Shown here piece after piece: positions 40,092 through 49,801 of a stretch of DNA of 64,000 nucleotides; the first letter of the stretch is position 1, and each line of letters begins with the position of its first letter. Location: the NCBI GenBank assembly GCA_900315665.1, contig OMZX01000003.1, positions 10,248-74,247 on the forward strand. The letters run 5' to 3'. The notes under the pieces are model-generated. The model searched no databases, was not told the origin of the DNA, and saw only the letters and a list, made by a program, of their open reading frames with translations. A program made the position numbers and the translations under genes. This stretch comes from an uncultured Eubacteriales bacterium. GTDB taxonomy: Bacteria; Bacillota; Clostridia; Lachnospirales; Lachnospiraceae.

Positions 40092-41389
40092 TGGCGATGA
40101 AACCGGAAGATAAAATCAGATGTGCCTTTTGCGGAAAATCTGCAAAGCAGGTGCATAAGCTGATCGCGGGTCTGAACAATACCTACATTTGCGACGAATG
40201 CGTCGAGCTCTGCCAGGAAATCCTGGATGAGGAGAATAACAACGCTGCTGCCGGTGAGGATGTTTCGGATATCCGGCTTCTTAAACCAAAGGAAATCAAG
40301 GATTTCCTGGATGAATATGTCATCGGACAGGATGAAGCCAAGAAGGTTCTTTCTGTCGCTGTTTATAATCACTACAAGCGCATTACCTCGAAGATTAAGG
40401 ATATTGATGTACAGAAATCAAATATCCTTATGATTGGACCGACAGGTACCGGCAAGACCTACCTTGCGCAGACACTGGCGAAGATTCTTGGCGTTCCCTT
40501 TGCAATCGCTGATGCGACGGCACTCACGGAAGCTGGGTATGTCGGCGAGGATGTCGAGAACATCCTTCTCAAGCTGATTCAAGCTGCTGACTATGATATC
40601 AAACGTGCTGAGATTGGTATCATTTATATCGATGAGATTGATAAGATTGCGAAGAAATCGGAAAATGTTTCCATTACCCGTGATGTTTCCGGCGAAGGAG
40701 TGCAGCAGGCGCTTCTGAAGATTCTGGAGGGTACTGTCGCATCAGTACCGCCACAGGGTGGCCGGAAGCACCCGCAGCAGGAGTTCATCCAGATTGACAC
40801 AACCAATATTTTGTTTATTTGCGGTGGCGCATTTGACGGACTTGAGCATATCATCGAGAAGAGAGTGGCGTCTGGATCCATGGGCTTTGGCGCTGAGATT
40901 ATTGAAAAGAATAAAGAAAACTATGATGACGTTCTGCGTCAGGTGCAGCCGGAGGATCTCGTAAAATTTGGCATGATTCCTGAGTTTATTGGTCGTGTAC
41001 CTGTGGATGTTGAGCTTTCTTCGCATGATGTACATACACTGACGAAGATTTTGACCGAGCCGAAGAATGCATTGGTAAAGCAGTATCAGAAGCTTTTTGA
41101 AATCGATGGCGTTGATCTTACATTTACAGAGGATGCCATTAGCGCAATTGCGGAAAAGGCTGTTGAGAGAAAAACGGGAGCCAGAGGCCTTCGGTCCATT
41201 ATGGAAGATATGATGATGGACATTATGTATAATATTCCGTCGGAACCAGATGTCATCGGAGCAGAGATCACTCGTGACTGCGTGGAAGGAAAGGGCCAGC
41301 CGATTCTTACACGTAAAGAAATGAAACCAGTGCATCCGACGAAGATTCGTCCGGAGCAGACGCAGACCGGATCACCAGAATCAGCATAA
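40091..41389 (+). CDS. clpX: ATP-dependent Clp protease ATP-binding subunit ClpX
   Basis: C4 zinc finger [38 protein letters not shown]. Confidence 0.98.
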   Translation: MAMKPEDKIRCAFCGKSAKQVHKLIAGLNNTYICDECVELCQEILDEENNNAAAGEDVSDIRLLKPKEIKDFLDEYVIGQDEAKKVLSVAVYNHYKRITSKIKDIDVQKSNILMIGPTGTGKTYLAQTLAKILGVPFAIADATALTEAGYVGEDVENILLKLIQAADYDIKRAEIGIIYIDEIDKIAKKSENVSITRDVSGEGVQQALLKILEGTVASVPPQGGRKHPQQEFIQIDTTNILFICGGAFDGLEHIIEKRVASGSMGFGAEIIEKNKENYDDVLRQVQPEDLVKFGMIPEFIGRVPVDVELSSHDVHTLTKILTEPKNALVKQYQKLFEIDGVDLTFTEDAISAIAEKAVERKTGARGLRSIMEDMMMDIMYNIPSEPDVIGAEITRDCVEGKGQPILTRKEMKPVHPTKIRPEQTQTGSPESA

Positions 41390-41409
41390 AATTTTTGGTA
41401 TTTTTTACG

Positions 41410-41444
41410 AAGGATGCCGGCGTTGTTTACCGGCATCTTTTTTT
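41410..41444 (+). terminator. Intrinsic terminator after clpX
   Basis: gatgccgg / ccggcatc stem followed by a T run. Confidence 0.8.
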
Positions 41445-41468
41445 GACGGATATTTTAGTGAGGCTTTT

Positions 41469-42077
41469 ATGAAAATAGTATCGGTAAATTTAGAGCAGGT
41501 TTTAGGCGTGAAGTCGGAACTGCCGAAGACAGGAAGACCTGAATTCGTTCTTGCAGGGCGTTCTAATGTTGGCAAGTCTTCTTTCATTAATGCATTTGTA
41601 AATCGGAAGGCCTATGCGCGTACGAGCTCAACACCAGGTAAAACACGGACGATTAATTATTATAATGTGAATGACCGTTTCTATCTTGTCGATTTGCCAG
41701 GATATGGCTATGCAAGTACAGGCCCTGTTGAACAGGAAAAATGGGGACGGATGATCAATCGCTATCTTCAAACCTCACAGGATATCGAAGAAGTGATTCA
41801 GCTCATTGATATTCGTCATGCACCTACGAAGCAGGATCTGCAGATGTTTGATTATGTTGTCCAGGGAACAGGTTATGAGCCAGTGGTAATTCTGACAAAG
41901 GCTGATAAGCTGAAGCGCTCGCAGATGAAAGGACAGGTTGATTTGATCCGGCAGGGATTGCATGCGACAGAGACCTGTACTTTAATTCCGTTTTCGGCGG
42001 AAACGAAGCAGGGGCTGACGGAGATTTATAAGATCTTTGATGATATCCTGTCGCAACCCGCGGACAGCAATGCATAA
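41469..42077 (+). CDS. yihA: Ribosome biogenesis GTP-binding protein YihA/YsxC (EngB)
   Basis: GRSNVGKSS, STPGKT, DLPGYG, TKADK. Confidence 0.96.
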   Translation: MKIVSVNLEQVLGVKSELPKTGRPEFVLAGRSNVGKSSFINAFVNRKAYARTSSTPGKTRTINYYNVNDRFYLVDLPGYGYASTGPVEQEKWGRMINRYLQTSQDIEEVIQLIDIRHAPTKQDLQMFDYVVQGTGYEPVVILTKADKLKRSQMKGQVDLIRQGLHATETCTLIPFSAETKQGLTEIYKIFDDILSQPADSNA

Positions 42078-42161
42078 TGATTCAGATAATCGTATGGTTG
42101 CTTTAAGAATTATCAGGAGAAAATATAAACGCTAAAAGTGTCTAGAAAAATAAAAAAATTG

Positions 42162-42190
42162 TTGACACTCAATAGACTGTGTGGTAATAT
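42162..42190 (+). promoter_or_regulatory. Sigma-A promoter of the infC operon
   Basis: TTGACA (42162-67), 17 nt, TG-n-TAATAT (42185-90). Confidence 0.85.
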
Positions 42191-42204
42191 CTTCTAGTCG
42201 TGCA

Positions 42205-42330
42205 AAGACAAAAGGAAAGTAGGTTATCCACCTCACCTCGGCAGTTTGAGACTGACCCGGGTTCATATTGAAGAATATTTGAGTATTTTCATTATGGTGG
42301 ATTGGGCTTACAATCCACCATATTTTTTTA
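42205..42330 (+). ncRNA. L20-leader-type attenuator of infC-rpmI-rplT
   Basis: Terminator atggtggattg / caatccaccat plus T tract (42294-42329). atccacc (42226-32) can pair with ggtggat (42296-42302) as an antiterminator. Position matches the known Firmicute L20 leader. Confidence 0.75.
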
Positions 42331-42357
42331 CCAGAGATTTGAGTAGAGAGGAGCTTA

Positions 42358-42873
42358 ATGGCTAGGACAACCGAAATTGAAATCAACGAACAGATCCGGG
42401 ACCGTGAGGTGCGTGTGATCGGACCGGATGGAGAGCAGCTCGGTATCATGTCATCTAAGGATGCATATATGATGGCGAGAAATCAGGATCTTGATTTGAT
42501 TAAGATCGCTGCGACTGCTACGCCACCTGTCGTAAAGATTGCCGACTTCGGTAAGTATCGTTATGAGATGCTCCGCAAGGAAAAGGAAGCCAAGAGAAAT
42601 CAGCATACGACAGAGCTGAAAGAGATTCGTATGACGCCAAACATCGACACAAACGATCTCAATACCAAGCTTTCTGCTGCACGGAAGTTCCTGGAAAAGG
42701 GAAATAAGGTGAAGGTTACACTTCGCTTCCGTGGCCGTGAGATGTCCCGTATGAATCAGGCGAAGCCACTGCTTGACGATTTTGCCGAGAAGCTGTCAGA
42801 TATAGCGAATCTTGATAAGCCGGCAAAGGTCGAAGGTAGAAATATGTCGATTGTTATAAGTCCGAAAAAGTAA
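42358..42873 (+). CDS. infC: Translation initiation factor IF-3
   Basis: [48 protein letters not shown]. Confidence 0.97.
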   Translation: MARTTEIEINEQIRDREVRVIGPDGEQLGIMSSKDAYMMARNQDLDLIKIAATATPPVVKIADFGKYRYEMLRKEKEAKRNQHTTELKEIRMTPNIDTNDLNTKLSAARKFLEKGNKVKVTLRFRGREMSRMNQAKPLLDDFAEKLSDIANLDKPAKVEGRNMSIVISPKK

Positions 42874-42890
42874 ATTCACAGGAGGCAAGT

Positions 42891-43094
42891 ATGGCAAACT
42901 ATAAGCTTAAGACAAAGAGAGCTGCTGCAAAGCGCTTCAAGATGACTGCTACCGGCAAGCTTGTGAGAAACAAGGCAAACAAGTCCCACATCCTCACGAA
43001 GAAGACGACGAAGCGTAAGAGAGGTCTGAGAAAGGATACAACTGTAGATCAGACAACTGTTAAGACGATGAAGAAGATTCTTCCGTATCTTTGA
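42891..43094 (+). CDS. rpmI: 50S ribosomal protein L35
   Basis: [25 protein letters not shown]. Confidence 0.97.
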   Translation: MANYKLKTKRAAAKRFKMTATGKLVRNKANKSHILTKKTTKRKRGLRKDTTVDQTTVKTMKKILPYL

Positions 43095-43122
43095 TCGGTA
43101 GTAGTTAGAGGAGGCATTTAAG

Positions 43123-43479
43123 ATGAGAATTAAGGGCGGTTTAAACGCTAAGAAGAAGCACAATAGAGTATTAAAGCTTGCTAAGGGCTATAGAGGCGCT
43201 CGCTCGAAGCAGTATAGAGTAGCGAAGCAGAGCGTTATGAGAGCGCTCACAGAGTCTTTCAAGGGCAGAAGAGAGAGAAAGAGACAGTTCAGACAGCTTT
43301 GGATTGCTCGTATTAATGCAGCTGCAAGAATGAATGGTCTTTCATATTCTAAGCTCATGTATGGACTTAAGTCTGCAGGCGTTGATATGAACAGAAAGAT
43401 GCTTTCAGAAGTTGCAATCGCTGATCCGGAAGGCTTTGCGAAGCTTTGCGATACAGCAAAGGCAGCACTGAACAAGTAA
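43123..43479 (+). CDS. rplT: 50S ribosomal protein L20
   Basis: [39 protein letters not shown]. Confidence 0.98.
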   Translation: MRIKGGLNAKKKHNRVLKLAKGYRGARSKQYRVAKQSVMRALTESFKGRRERKRQFRQLWIARINAAARMNGLSYSKLMYGLKSAGVDMNRKMLSEVAIADPEGFAKLCDTAKAALNK

Positions 43480-43506
43480 TATAAGATTTGTACTTGGAAT
43501 ATTCAT

Positions 43507-43547
43507 GAGCTTCCGCACTTGACGTGCGGAGCTCAATCTGATATTAT
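43507..43547 (+). promoter_or_regulatory. Hairpin after rplT overlapping the tRNA promoter
   Basis: tccgcac-ttgac-gtgcgga stem. TTGACG (43519-24), 17 nt, TATTAT (43542-47). Confidence 0.65.
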
Positions 43548-43557
43548 TAACAGGTTC

Positions 43558-43640
43558 GCGGAGGTGGCGGAACGGCAGACGCGCACGGTTCAGGTCCGTG
43601 TGAGGCAACACTCTTGAGGGTTCAAATCCCTTTCTCCGCA
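43558..43640 (+). tRNA. tRNA-Leu (anticodon CAG); CCA not encoded
   Basis: Acceptor stem gcggagg/tctccgc with discriminator A, anticodon arm cacgg-ttCAGgt-ccgtg, long variable arm, T arm gaggg-ttcaaat-ccctt. Confidence 0.96.
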
Positions 43641-43644
43641 TAGC

Positions 43645-43673
43645 AAAAGGAGTCTCATTTGAGGCTCCTTTTT
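43645..43673. terminator. Bidirectional intrinsic terminator between tRNA-Leu and the convergent gene
   Basis: aaaaggagtctc-attt-gaggctcctttt with A and T tracts on both sides. Confidence 0.88.
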
Positions 43674-43738
43674 ATGTGCCATGTGTTTGAAGCACGAAGG
43701 TTTCATACTTGCAATGCCTGGGTGAAACATATCATTTT

Positions 43739-44239
43739 TCAGTGAATGATAGTACCTAGGATTCCATAAGAAATGACAGACATGATAGCGGCGGCGAGCA
43801 AAACGCCGAGTATGATCGAAAGAAACGCCTTCCTACGATTCATATGGATGAGACCGGCTACAATCGATCCGGTCCATGCACCTGTGCCGGGTAAAGGAAT
43901 CCCTACAAACAGTGTAAGCCCAAATAGATTATACTTTTCAATTGTTTCTTTGTGCTTGTCAACCTTTGAACGAAATATCCGTGCAAAGCGTTCGGTATGT
44001 TTGTTCGATTCAAGAAAAAGAACGAGTTTTTCTATGAAGAACAGAACAAAGGGAATCGGGACCAGATTTCCAAGGATACAAATGACCAGTGCTTTGAGAT
44101 ATGGTATGTCAAGCAGAGAGGCTGCAATGAGACCGCCACGCAGCTCGAGAACCGGCATAACCGATATGATGAATATCGCTGCTTCTTTTGAAAGAATCTT
44201 TGCAAGATGCTCTGTAAAAAACTGAACTAGTGTGTTCAT
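43739..44239 (-). CDS. Small multidrug-export-like membrane protein (COG2426 family)
   Basis: ISVMPVLELRGG, GNLVPIPF, FVGIPLPGTGAWTG. GGAG RBS 6 nt before ATG 44239. Confidence 0.88.
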   Translation of the reverse strand: MNTLVQFFTEHLAKILSKEAAIFIISVMPVLELRGGLIAASLLDIPYLKALVICILGNLVPIPFVLFFIEKLVLFLESNKHTERFARIFRSKVDKHKETIEKYNLFGLTLFVGIPLPGTGAWTGSIVAGLIHMNRRKAFLSIILGVLLAAAIMSVISYGILGTIIH

Positions 44240-44321
44240 ATACACTCCTGTTTCTTGAATGCCCGATTTTAATGTGATACACTATTTTCGAATATCTGCG
44301 TTGACACGCAGCTGAACATAG

Positions 44322-44350
44322 ATTTTAGGTTAAGCGGCTCTTTGTGTCAA
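44322..44350 (-). promoter_or_regulatory. Sigma-A promoter for the COG2426 gene
   Basis: Minus strand: TTGACA (44350-45), 17 nt, TAAAAT (44327-22). Confidence 0.75.
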
Positions 44351-44440
44351 TAAAATGCCGTAGTAAAATCGTTTATTACCAAGACTCTGTTCCGTGCTCG
44401 GTTATGCGAAAGGATAGATTTCTTTAGGACAGGACAATAT

Positions 44441-44623
44441 ATGATCAATTACGAAGAAGAAATTAAACGTTTTAAGCCAAGTCTTGATGTGGATCAAATT
44501 GAGGATGCAATCGTCAAAATCGATCTAACAGATATGAATGATGTGATGACGCAACTTATAGAAGAGGGTATTCATGAGGGTAAATCTGAGAGATCTTCTG
44601 ACCAGGAGCTCAGTAAGGCATGA
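44441..44623 (+). CDS. Small acidic hypothetical protein (60 aa)
   Basis: GGAC-type RBS, and the stop overlaps the next start (ATGA at 44620). Confidence 0.7.
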   Translation: MINYEEEIKRFKPSLDVDQIEDAIVKIDLTDMNDVMTQLIEEGIHEGKSERSSDQELSKA

Positions 44624-45921
44624 AATACGATATTACGCTGGAGAGAATAGCAAACTGTTATTATAATCTGGGACTTGAAAGAGCCAGACTTAGAGACCTA
44701 TCCGGGGCTTGTGAGCTATTAAAAAAAGCATTACTCTTCGATAAATATCAAAAGGATGCCAGAAATCTGCTGGGACTCATCTTTTTTGAATGTGGTGAAA
44801 CAGCAGATGCCTTGTGCCAATGGGTTATCAGTATGAATCTGTTACCTGAGAATAATATCGCAGATCATTACCTGGATGAGATTCAGCGGAAGCCTGCAAT
44901 CCTTCGCGTATGTTCCGATAATGTTCAACGCTTTAACCAGGCACTGGATTACGCACAGAATAACAACAAAGAACTGGCAATCATGCAGTTGAATCAGGTA
45001 ATCAAGGATAGCCCGAACTATATTAAGGCACATATTTTGCTTGCGCTTCTGTATATGGATAGGGAGGAGTGGGTAAAGGCAGGAAGGAGCCTCTATACTG
45101 TTCTGAAAATTGACCGTAATAATCCGAAAGCACTTGTGCTGATGGATGAAGTGAAACAGAATACCGGTCGAAAGGAAGTAGAGCAGAACCGTTTAAAAAA
45201 TGCATTTTCTCATAGGGAAATGACAGATGATCTCGTGGTGATGCCGCAGGAGGTGAAGCAGATTTCTCCCTGGGCGGTACTCGGGCTGATTGTATCTGGC
45301 ATCGTGCTGGCTGTTTTTGCGTTCTATTTCCTGATTATGCCGGCTAAAACGAAGTCAATCAATGCCGAGAATAACAAAGAGTTGATTACCTACACAGAAA
45401 AGCTCGATGCAGCAAACCGGCAATACGATGACTTGAAAGCACAGTATGACACATTGGCATCACAATATGCGGAAGCAGCGAATCAGCTGGATCAATATGA
45501 AAATCAGAATGCTGCCTTCATGACACAATACGAAACACTGAATAAGATTACGAGTGCTTATAATAGTGGTGATCTCGTGACGGCTGCGGGTTACTATGTT
45601 AGTCTTGACCAGTCTCAAATCACAGATGAAGGACTGCTTGCGCAGCTGCAGGACATTAAGAATTATATGGAAGGCTCCGTTTACCAGACACTTGCCGATG
45701 AGGCAACAGCAGACTGGAATAGTGGAAAGAAGGACGAAGCTGTCGAGCTGTACACGCTCAGCGTCGAAATCCGTGAAGAACCGGTGAATATGTATCTTTT
45801 GGCAAGACTTCTTCAGTCCATGGGAAACACACAGGAAGCAAGCATATGGTTTGATAAGATTGTCGGAGAGCATCCAGATTCGCCATACGCGGCACGTGCG
45901 CGGAATGCAAGAGGTTATTGA
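44620..45921 (+). CDS. Bitopic TPR protein with extracytoplasmic coiled coil and C-terminal TPR
   Basis: N-terminal TPR-like helices (ARNLLGL, AHILLALLY), TM ISPWAVLGLIVSGIVLAVFAFYFLI, heptad region, and C-terminal HPDSPYAARAR. Confidence 0.75.
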   Translation: MKYDITLERIANCYYNLGLERARLRDLSGACELLKKALLFDKYQKDARNLLGLIFFECGETADALCQWVISMNLLPENNIADHYLDEIQRKPAILRVCSDNVQRFNQALDYAQNNNKELAIMQLNQVIKDSPNYIKAHILLALLYMDREEWVKAGRSLYTVLKIDRNNPKALVLMDEVKQNTGRKEVEQNRLKNAFSHREMTDDLVVMPQEVKQISPWAVLGLIVSGIVLAVFAFYFLIMPAKTKSINAENNKELITYTEKLDAANRQYDDLKAQYDTLASQYAEAANQLDQYENQNAAFMTQYETLNKITSAYNSGDLVTAAGYYVSLDQSQITDEGLLAQLQDIKNYMEGSVYQTLADEATADWNSGKKDEAVELYTLSVEIREEPVNMYLLARLLQSMGNTQEASIWFDKIVGEHPDSPYAARARNARGY

Positions 45922-45972
45922 CCGAAAAAGCATAGCGAAAGTAAAAACATCTTACTGATAGAAGAGGCATTC

Positions 45973-46728
45973 ATGTTAAATGTGGAAAAAATTCGTCTGA
46001 TGACGGAGCTCGCGATCGAGGAAAAGCATCATGGCGGTGCGCTTCGGGACGTCGCAAAATATTATCGACAGGATTATATTTCCGTACATATTCTGGGTAT
46101 GATTCTGCGGTATTCCATCATATTTTTTATTGTGGCACTTATGATGTTTTTTGTGGATCTCGAGAATATTTTGATTCATGTTAACCTTGAAAATCTTGAA
46201 GCGACGGCTCATACATTTGTTATGCTATATTTTTTCGGACTAGGTATTGTTGTATTACTTGGGTATGCAGCCTTTTCTGCTCGATACGATAAAAATTATG
46301 AAGAAAGTCTTTACTATCAGGCTAAGTTGGATCGTCTTGACCATCTTTCGGCGGATCAGGGTGAGCCCTTTACGGTGCATGAGAGTGAAGCAATTTATTA
46401 TAAGGAGATGCATGGGGATATCCGTGTGTATGATGCAAATACACACCGTAAGCATATCGTGCGGGCAGTAGGTGAGCCAGAAATTATTTATGATGAGCCG
46501 TTGAATCCTGCAGAAGAGCGAAGGGATGATTCCTACAGGAGACAGCGTGCCTATAGAAAAAACAAGCAGGATTACAGACGTTCCTGGGAGGAAGAAGCGG
46601 AGGAAGATGATTTCAATGAGATGACTTACGGAAGAGAAGATAGACAGCGCGCTGCGAGAATGTATGATAATGACCGCAGGCAACATCGGAACGCCGATGA
46701 ACCGGATGGCGGCTGGTTGGATGAATAA
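45973..46728 (+). CDS. Hypothetical membrane protein (2 TM) with charged C-terminal tail
   Basis: GAGG RBS, two hydrophobic segments, Arg/Glu/Asp-rich tail. Confidence 0.7.
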   Translation: MLNVEKIRLMTELAIEEKHHGGALRDVAKYYRQDYISVHILGMILRYSIIFFIVALMMFFVDLENILIHVNLENLEATAHTFVMLYFFGLGIVVLLGYAAFSARYDKNYEESLYYQAKLDRLDHLSADQGEPFTVHESEAIYYKEMHGDIRVYDANTHRKHIVRAVGEPEIIYDEPLNPAEERRDDSYRRQRAYRKNKQDYRRSWEEEAEEDDFNEMTYGREDRQRAARMYDNDRRQHRNADEPDGGWLDE

Positions 46729-46752
46729 AGAAAAGTTTTTAGGGAGCAGAGT

Positions 46753-47658
46753 ATGGATAGTGTTCTGATCGTGAGAGAAGTGCTTGAAAAATTCTATACG
46801 GATAATGATTACTGGGTTGTTCCGCTGGCAAAGGCCGGTACAGCTTTTCTTGCCTTTTTCTTTATCAACAGAGATCTTCAGGCTGAAGCTTCATTTGGCA
46901 GTCCGTTTGTTCTTCTAGGTGCCGCAGCTTTATGCGCTTTTTTGCCATGGTCAGCAATTACCGCATTTGGTGCGGCGTTTATTTTGGGAAATTTATATGA
47001 GCTGTCCATAGGGCTTGCAGCGGCGACAACTGTAATCTTTATCATTGCAGGACTAGCGCAGTCGGCCTTCCATGGAGGATATTCAATCCTGATCTGCCTT
47101 GTCCCGGTTTGCTTTCATCTACATATTCCATATCTTGTGCCAATAATTGCAGGGCTTACACTTTCGCTTATGTCTTCAATTCCAGTGGCGATTGGCGTTA
47201 TCATCTACCGATATCTCATGTATCTTTCGGAGAATCTTTCGATATTTTCAAGTGGAACTACTGACGATATGACGGTACTTCTTTCACAATATGCAGGTCT
47301 TTTCACCGGATTTTTTAAAAACAAAGCGATGCTTCTGGAAGCAATTGCCTTTGTGATTGGGCTGATTGTTGTATATATTATTCGTACACTGGATATTAAT
47401 TTTGCAGGACTCATCGGTACATTGGCCGGTTTCATTTCAATGTTGATTGTTCTTACAGCAGGCGCGCATCGTACTGGAAGTGATTTCACGATTCTTAGTG
47501 AAATAATACCGCTTCTTTTATCACTGCTTTTATCTGTAATATTTGCCTTTCTCCGATATGGAGCAGATTATCAGAGGACAGAACGCGTTCGGTTTGAAGA
47601 TGATGATTATTTTTATTTTGTGAAAGCAGTTCCGAAGCTTCGCGCACGGAAGGATTGA
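46753..47658 (+). CDS. Hypothetical polytopic membrane protein
   Basis: About 8-9 hydrophobic segments. C-terminal DYQRTERVRFEDDDYFYFVKAVPK motif. Confidence 0.75.
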   Translation: MDSVLIVREVLEKFYTDNDYWVVPLAKAGTAFLAFFFINRDLQAEASFGSPFVLLGAAALCAFLPWSAITAFGAAFILGNLYELSIGLAAATTVIFIIAGLAQSAFHGGYSILICLVPVCFHLHIPYLVPIIAGLTLSLMSSIPVAIGVIIYRYLMYLSENLSIFSSGTTDDMTVLLSQYAGLFTGFFKNKAMLLEAIAFVIGLIVVYIIRTLDINFAGLIGTLAGFISMLIVLTAGAHRTGSDFTILSEIIPLLLSLLLSVIFAFLRYGADYQRTERVRFEDDDYFYFVKAVPKLRARKD

Positions 47659-47680
47659 GTAAGAGGAAGAAGGAAACACT

Positions 47681-48529
47681 TTGACACAGATTATGACTAA
47701 AATGAAAAGCTGGCTGAGTCTTCTCCCGCCGTTCACGATTAACAATGTGATTGAGGTTATCATTCTGGCCTTTTTCATTTATGAATGTATGCTATGGATC
47801 AAGAACACGCGTGCATGGGCGCTTCTGAGGGGCATTCTCGTCATTGTAGTGTTTACATTTATGGCTTTTATACTGCAACTCTCGACGATTGTCTGGCTCA
47901 TTGAACGATTTGCCAGTATTGCTATCATTGCAGCTGTTGTGATCTTTCAGCCGGAAATCCGGCGGGCACTTGAACAACTCGGCACGAGATCCTTTATTGC
48001 CGGCATCTTGCCTACGGAAAGAACAGAGCGTTCCAGTGCTTTAACCGTCGATGAAATCATCAAGGCGACTTTCGAAATGGCAAAGAAGAAAACAGGTGCG
48101 CTGATTGTTATACAACAAAGGCAGCCATTGAAGGAAATTGAAGATACAGGCATCAGGATTGATGGCATCGTAACGTCAGCGCTTCTGATCAATATCTTTG
48201 AAAAAAATACACCGCTTCATGATGGAGCGGTGGTTATTGTCGGTGATAAGGTCACCTCAGCTACGTGCTATCTGCCACTGTCTGATACAGAAATTTCTAA
48301 GGATTTTGGTACAAGGCATCGTGCAGCACTTGGTGTTTCCGAAGTGACGGATGCGATCACAGTCATAGTGTCTGAGGAAACAGGAAGAGTATCAGTCGCT
48401 GTTAATGGCTCGCTCCGCAGGGTATCCGACGCAGAAGCACTTAGAGCAATTCTTCCGTCAACTGCTTTGACCGCAGATAAAAACGGCCATTTCCACTTCT
48501 TTAGACGAAAGGAGGAGGAAAAGGCATGA
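47681..48529 (+). CDS. cdaA: Diadenylate cyclase CdaA/DacA
   Basis: Three N-terminal TMs, FQPEIRRALE, NTPLHDGA, GTRHRAA, VSEETG. Confidence 0.96.
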   Translation: MTQIMTKMKSWLSLLPPFTINNVIEVIILAFFIYECMLWIKNTRAWALLRGILVIVVFTFMAFILQLSTIVWLIERFASIAIIAAVVIFQPEIRRALEQLGTRSFIAGILPTERTERSSALTVDEIIKATFEMAKKKTGALIVIQQRQPLKEIEDTGIRIDGIVTSALLINIFEKNTPLHDGAVVIVGDKVTSATCYLPLSDTEISKDFGTRHRAALGVSEVTDAITVIVSEETGRVSVAVNGSLRRVSDAEALRAILPSTALTADKNGHFHFFRRKEEEKA

Positions 48530-49791
48530 TCGTGAATTTTTTCAAAAAATATGTTTTCAGTAATTTTGGTCTTAAGCTTTTAAGCATTGCTATGGCATTC
48601 TTTCTGTGGCTTCTCGTCATTAATGTTTCGAAGCCTGAGATTACAGATCAAAAGAGCGTGCAGCTGGAAGTTAAAAATGAGGATGCCTTTGCGAGAGATG
48701 AGAAGACCTGGGAGATTGACAGAACAACGGTAACAGTAAGCTATAATGTTCGCACGGATATGCGTTCTTCTATCACGGCGGCAGATTTTCATGCTTATAT
48801 TGATCTTAATGATTATTCAATCACCGGAAGCGTGCCCATTTATGTGGAAGTGCTGAATGGGAAGGATGATTTGATGGAAAATGTAACACTGCGTCCGACT
48901 GTGATTCACGTTACGATTGAAGATATCCAGACAAAGAAGTTTGAGGTTAAGTCAACGACTGTTGGAGAACCAAAGAGTGGTTATGAGGTGGCGGAAGTTG
49001 TGGCCAATCCGACATCTGTCAATGTAACCGGGCCGGAATCACAAATCGGTCGGATTTCCAGCGTTGGTTTCGAAGCGGATGTCACTGATATTTCTGAAGA
49101 TAAGACAGGCGTTGCCGAGCCGGTTTATTACGATGCAAATGGCAATGTCATAGAACTGCAGAATGTTTCGGCGAGCTCAGCACAAATTTCCTACACGGTA
49201 AAGCTCAACAAGGAAAAGGCAGTTAATCTGCTCTGTTCTGTCAGTGGTGTGCCACAGGATGGCTATCAATATGAATCCATGACGGTTTCGCCTGATTCTG
49301 TGCTGCTCAGCGCTCTACCGGAAAATGTTGACAATATGTCTGTTTTGGCGCTCCCTGCGGTTGATATCACGAACCAGCAGGATAATCTTACTGTTTCCTA
49401 TGATATCCGTGACTATCTGCCAGATGGCGTGAGCCTTGCCGAAGGCGAGGAAAACATGATCAATGTGACAGTACGGATCGAAAAGCTTCCGGAGACAAAA
49501 CGTGCAGTGGAAGAAAGTGAAACAGAAACCGAATCACAGCAGGGTCCGGGAGAGGAGACTTCTTCTATTCATGACGCATCAACAGCCTCGCATGAATCCG
49601 CAAGAGAGACGGATACAAGTGGTGATCATGGCAATACGGAAACCACTGCGAAGGAGCAACCGGGCATCACCTTTGAAGGTCCAACAGAAACTGCACACAC
49701 TGAGACAAGGACTTCGGATAATGAAGCCCCAGCCGAGGCGAATAAGGAGGATGCTTCAACTGAGGCGAATAACGTATTGAAGACGGGATAA
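48526..49791 (+). CDS. cdaR: CdaR/YbbR-domain regulator with Ser/Thr/Glu-rich C-terminal tail
   Basis: KLLSIAMAFFLWLLV anchor, YbbR repeats (PTSVNVTGP, PDSVLLS). Start overlaps the cdaA stop. Confidence 0.9.
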   Translation: MIVNFFKKYVFSNFGLKLLSIAMAFFLWLLVINVSKPEITDQKSVQLEVKNEDAFARDEKTWEIDRTTVTVSYNVRTDMRSSITAADFHAYIDLNDYSITGSVPIYVEVLNGKDDLMENVTLRPTVIHVTIEDIQTKKFEVKSTTVGEPKSGYEVAEVVANPTSVNVTGPESQIGRISSVGFEADVTDISEDKTGVAEPVYYDANGNVIELQNVSASSAQISYTVKLNKEKAVNLLCSVSGVPQDGYQYESMTVSPDSVLLSALPENVDNMSVLALPAVDITNQQDNLTVSYDIRDYLPDGVSLAEGEENMINVTVRIEKLPETKRAVEESETETESQQGPGEETSSIHDASTASHESARETDTSGDHGNTETTAKEQPGITFEGPTETAHTETRTSDNEAPAEANKEDASTEANNVLKTG

Positions 49792-49801
49792 AAAGCATTT
49801 T

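Noticed and set aside
43558-43740. tRNA-Leu as a prophage or ICE integration site
   Set aside because: No integrase, no duplicated tRNA 3' end, and no compositional shift nearby.
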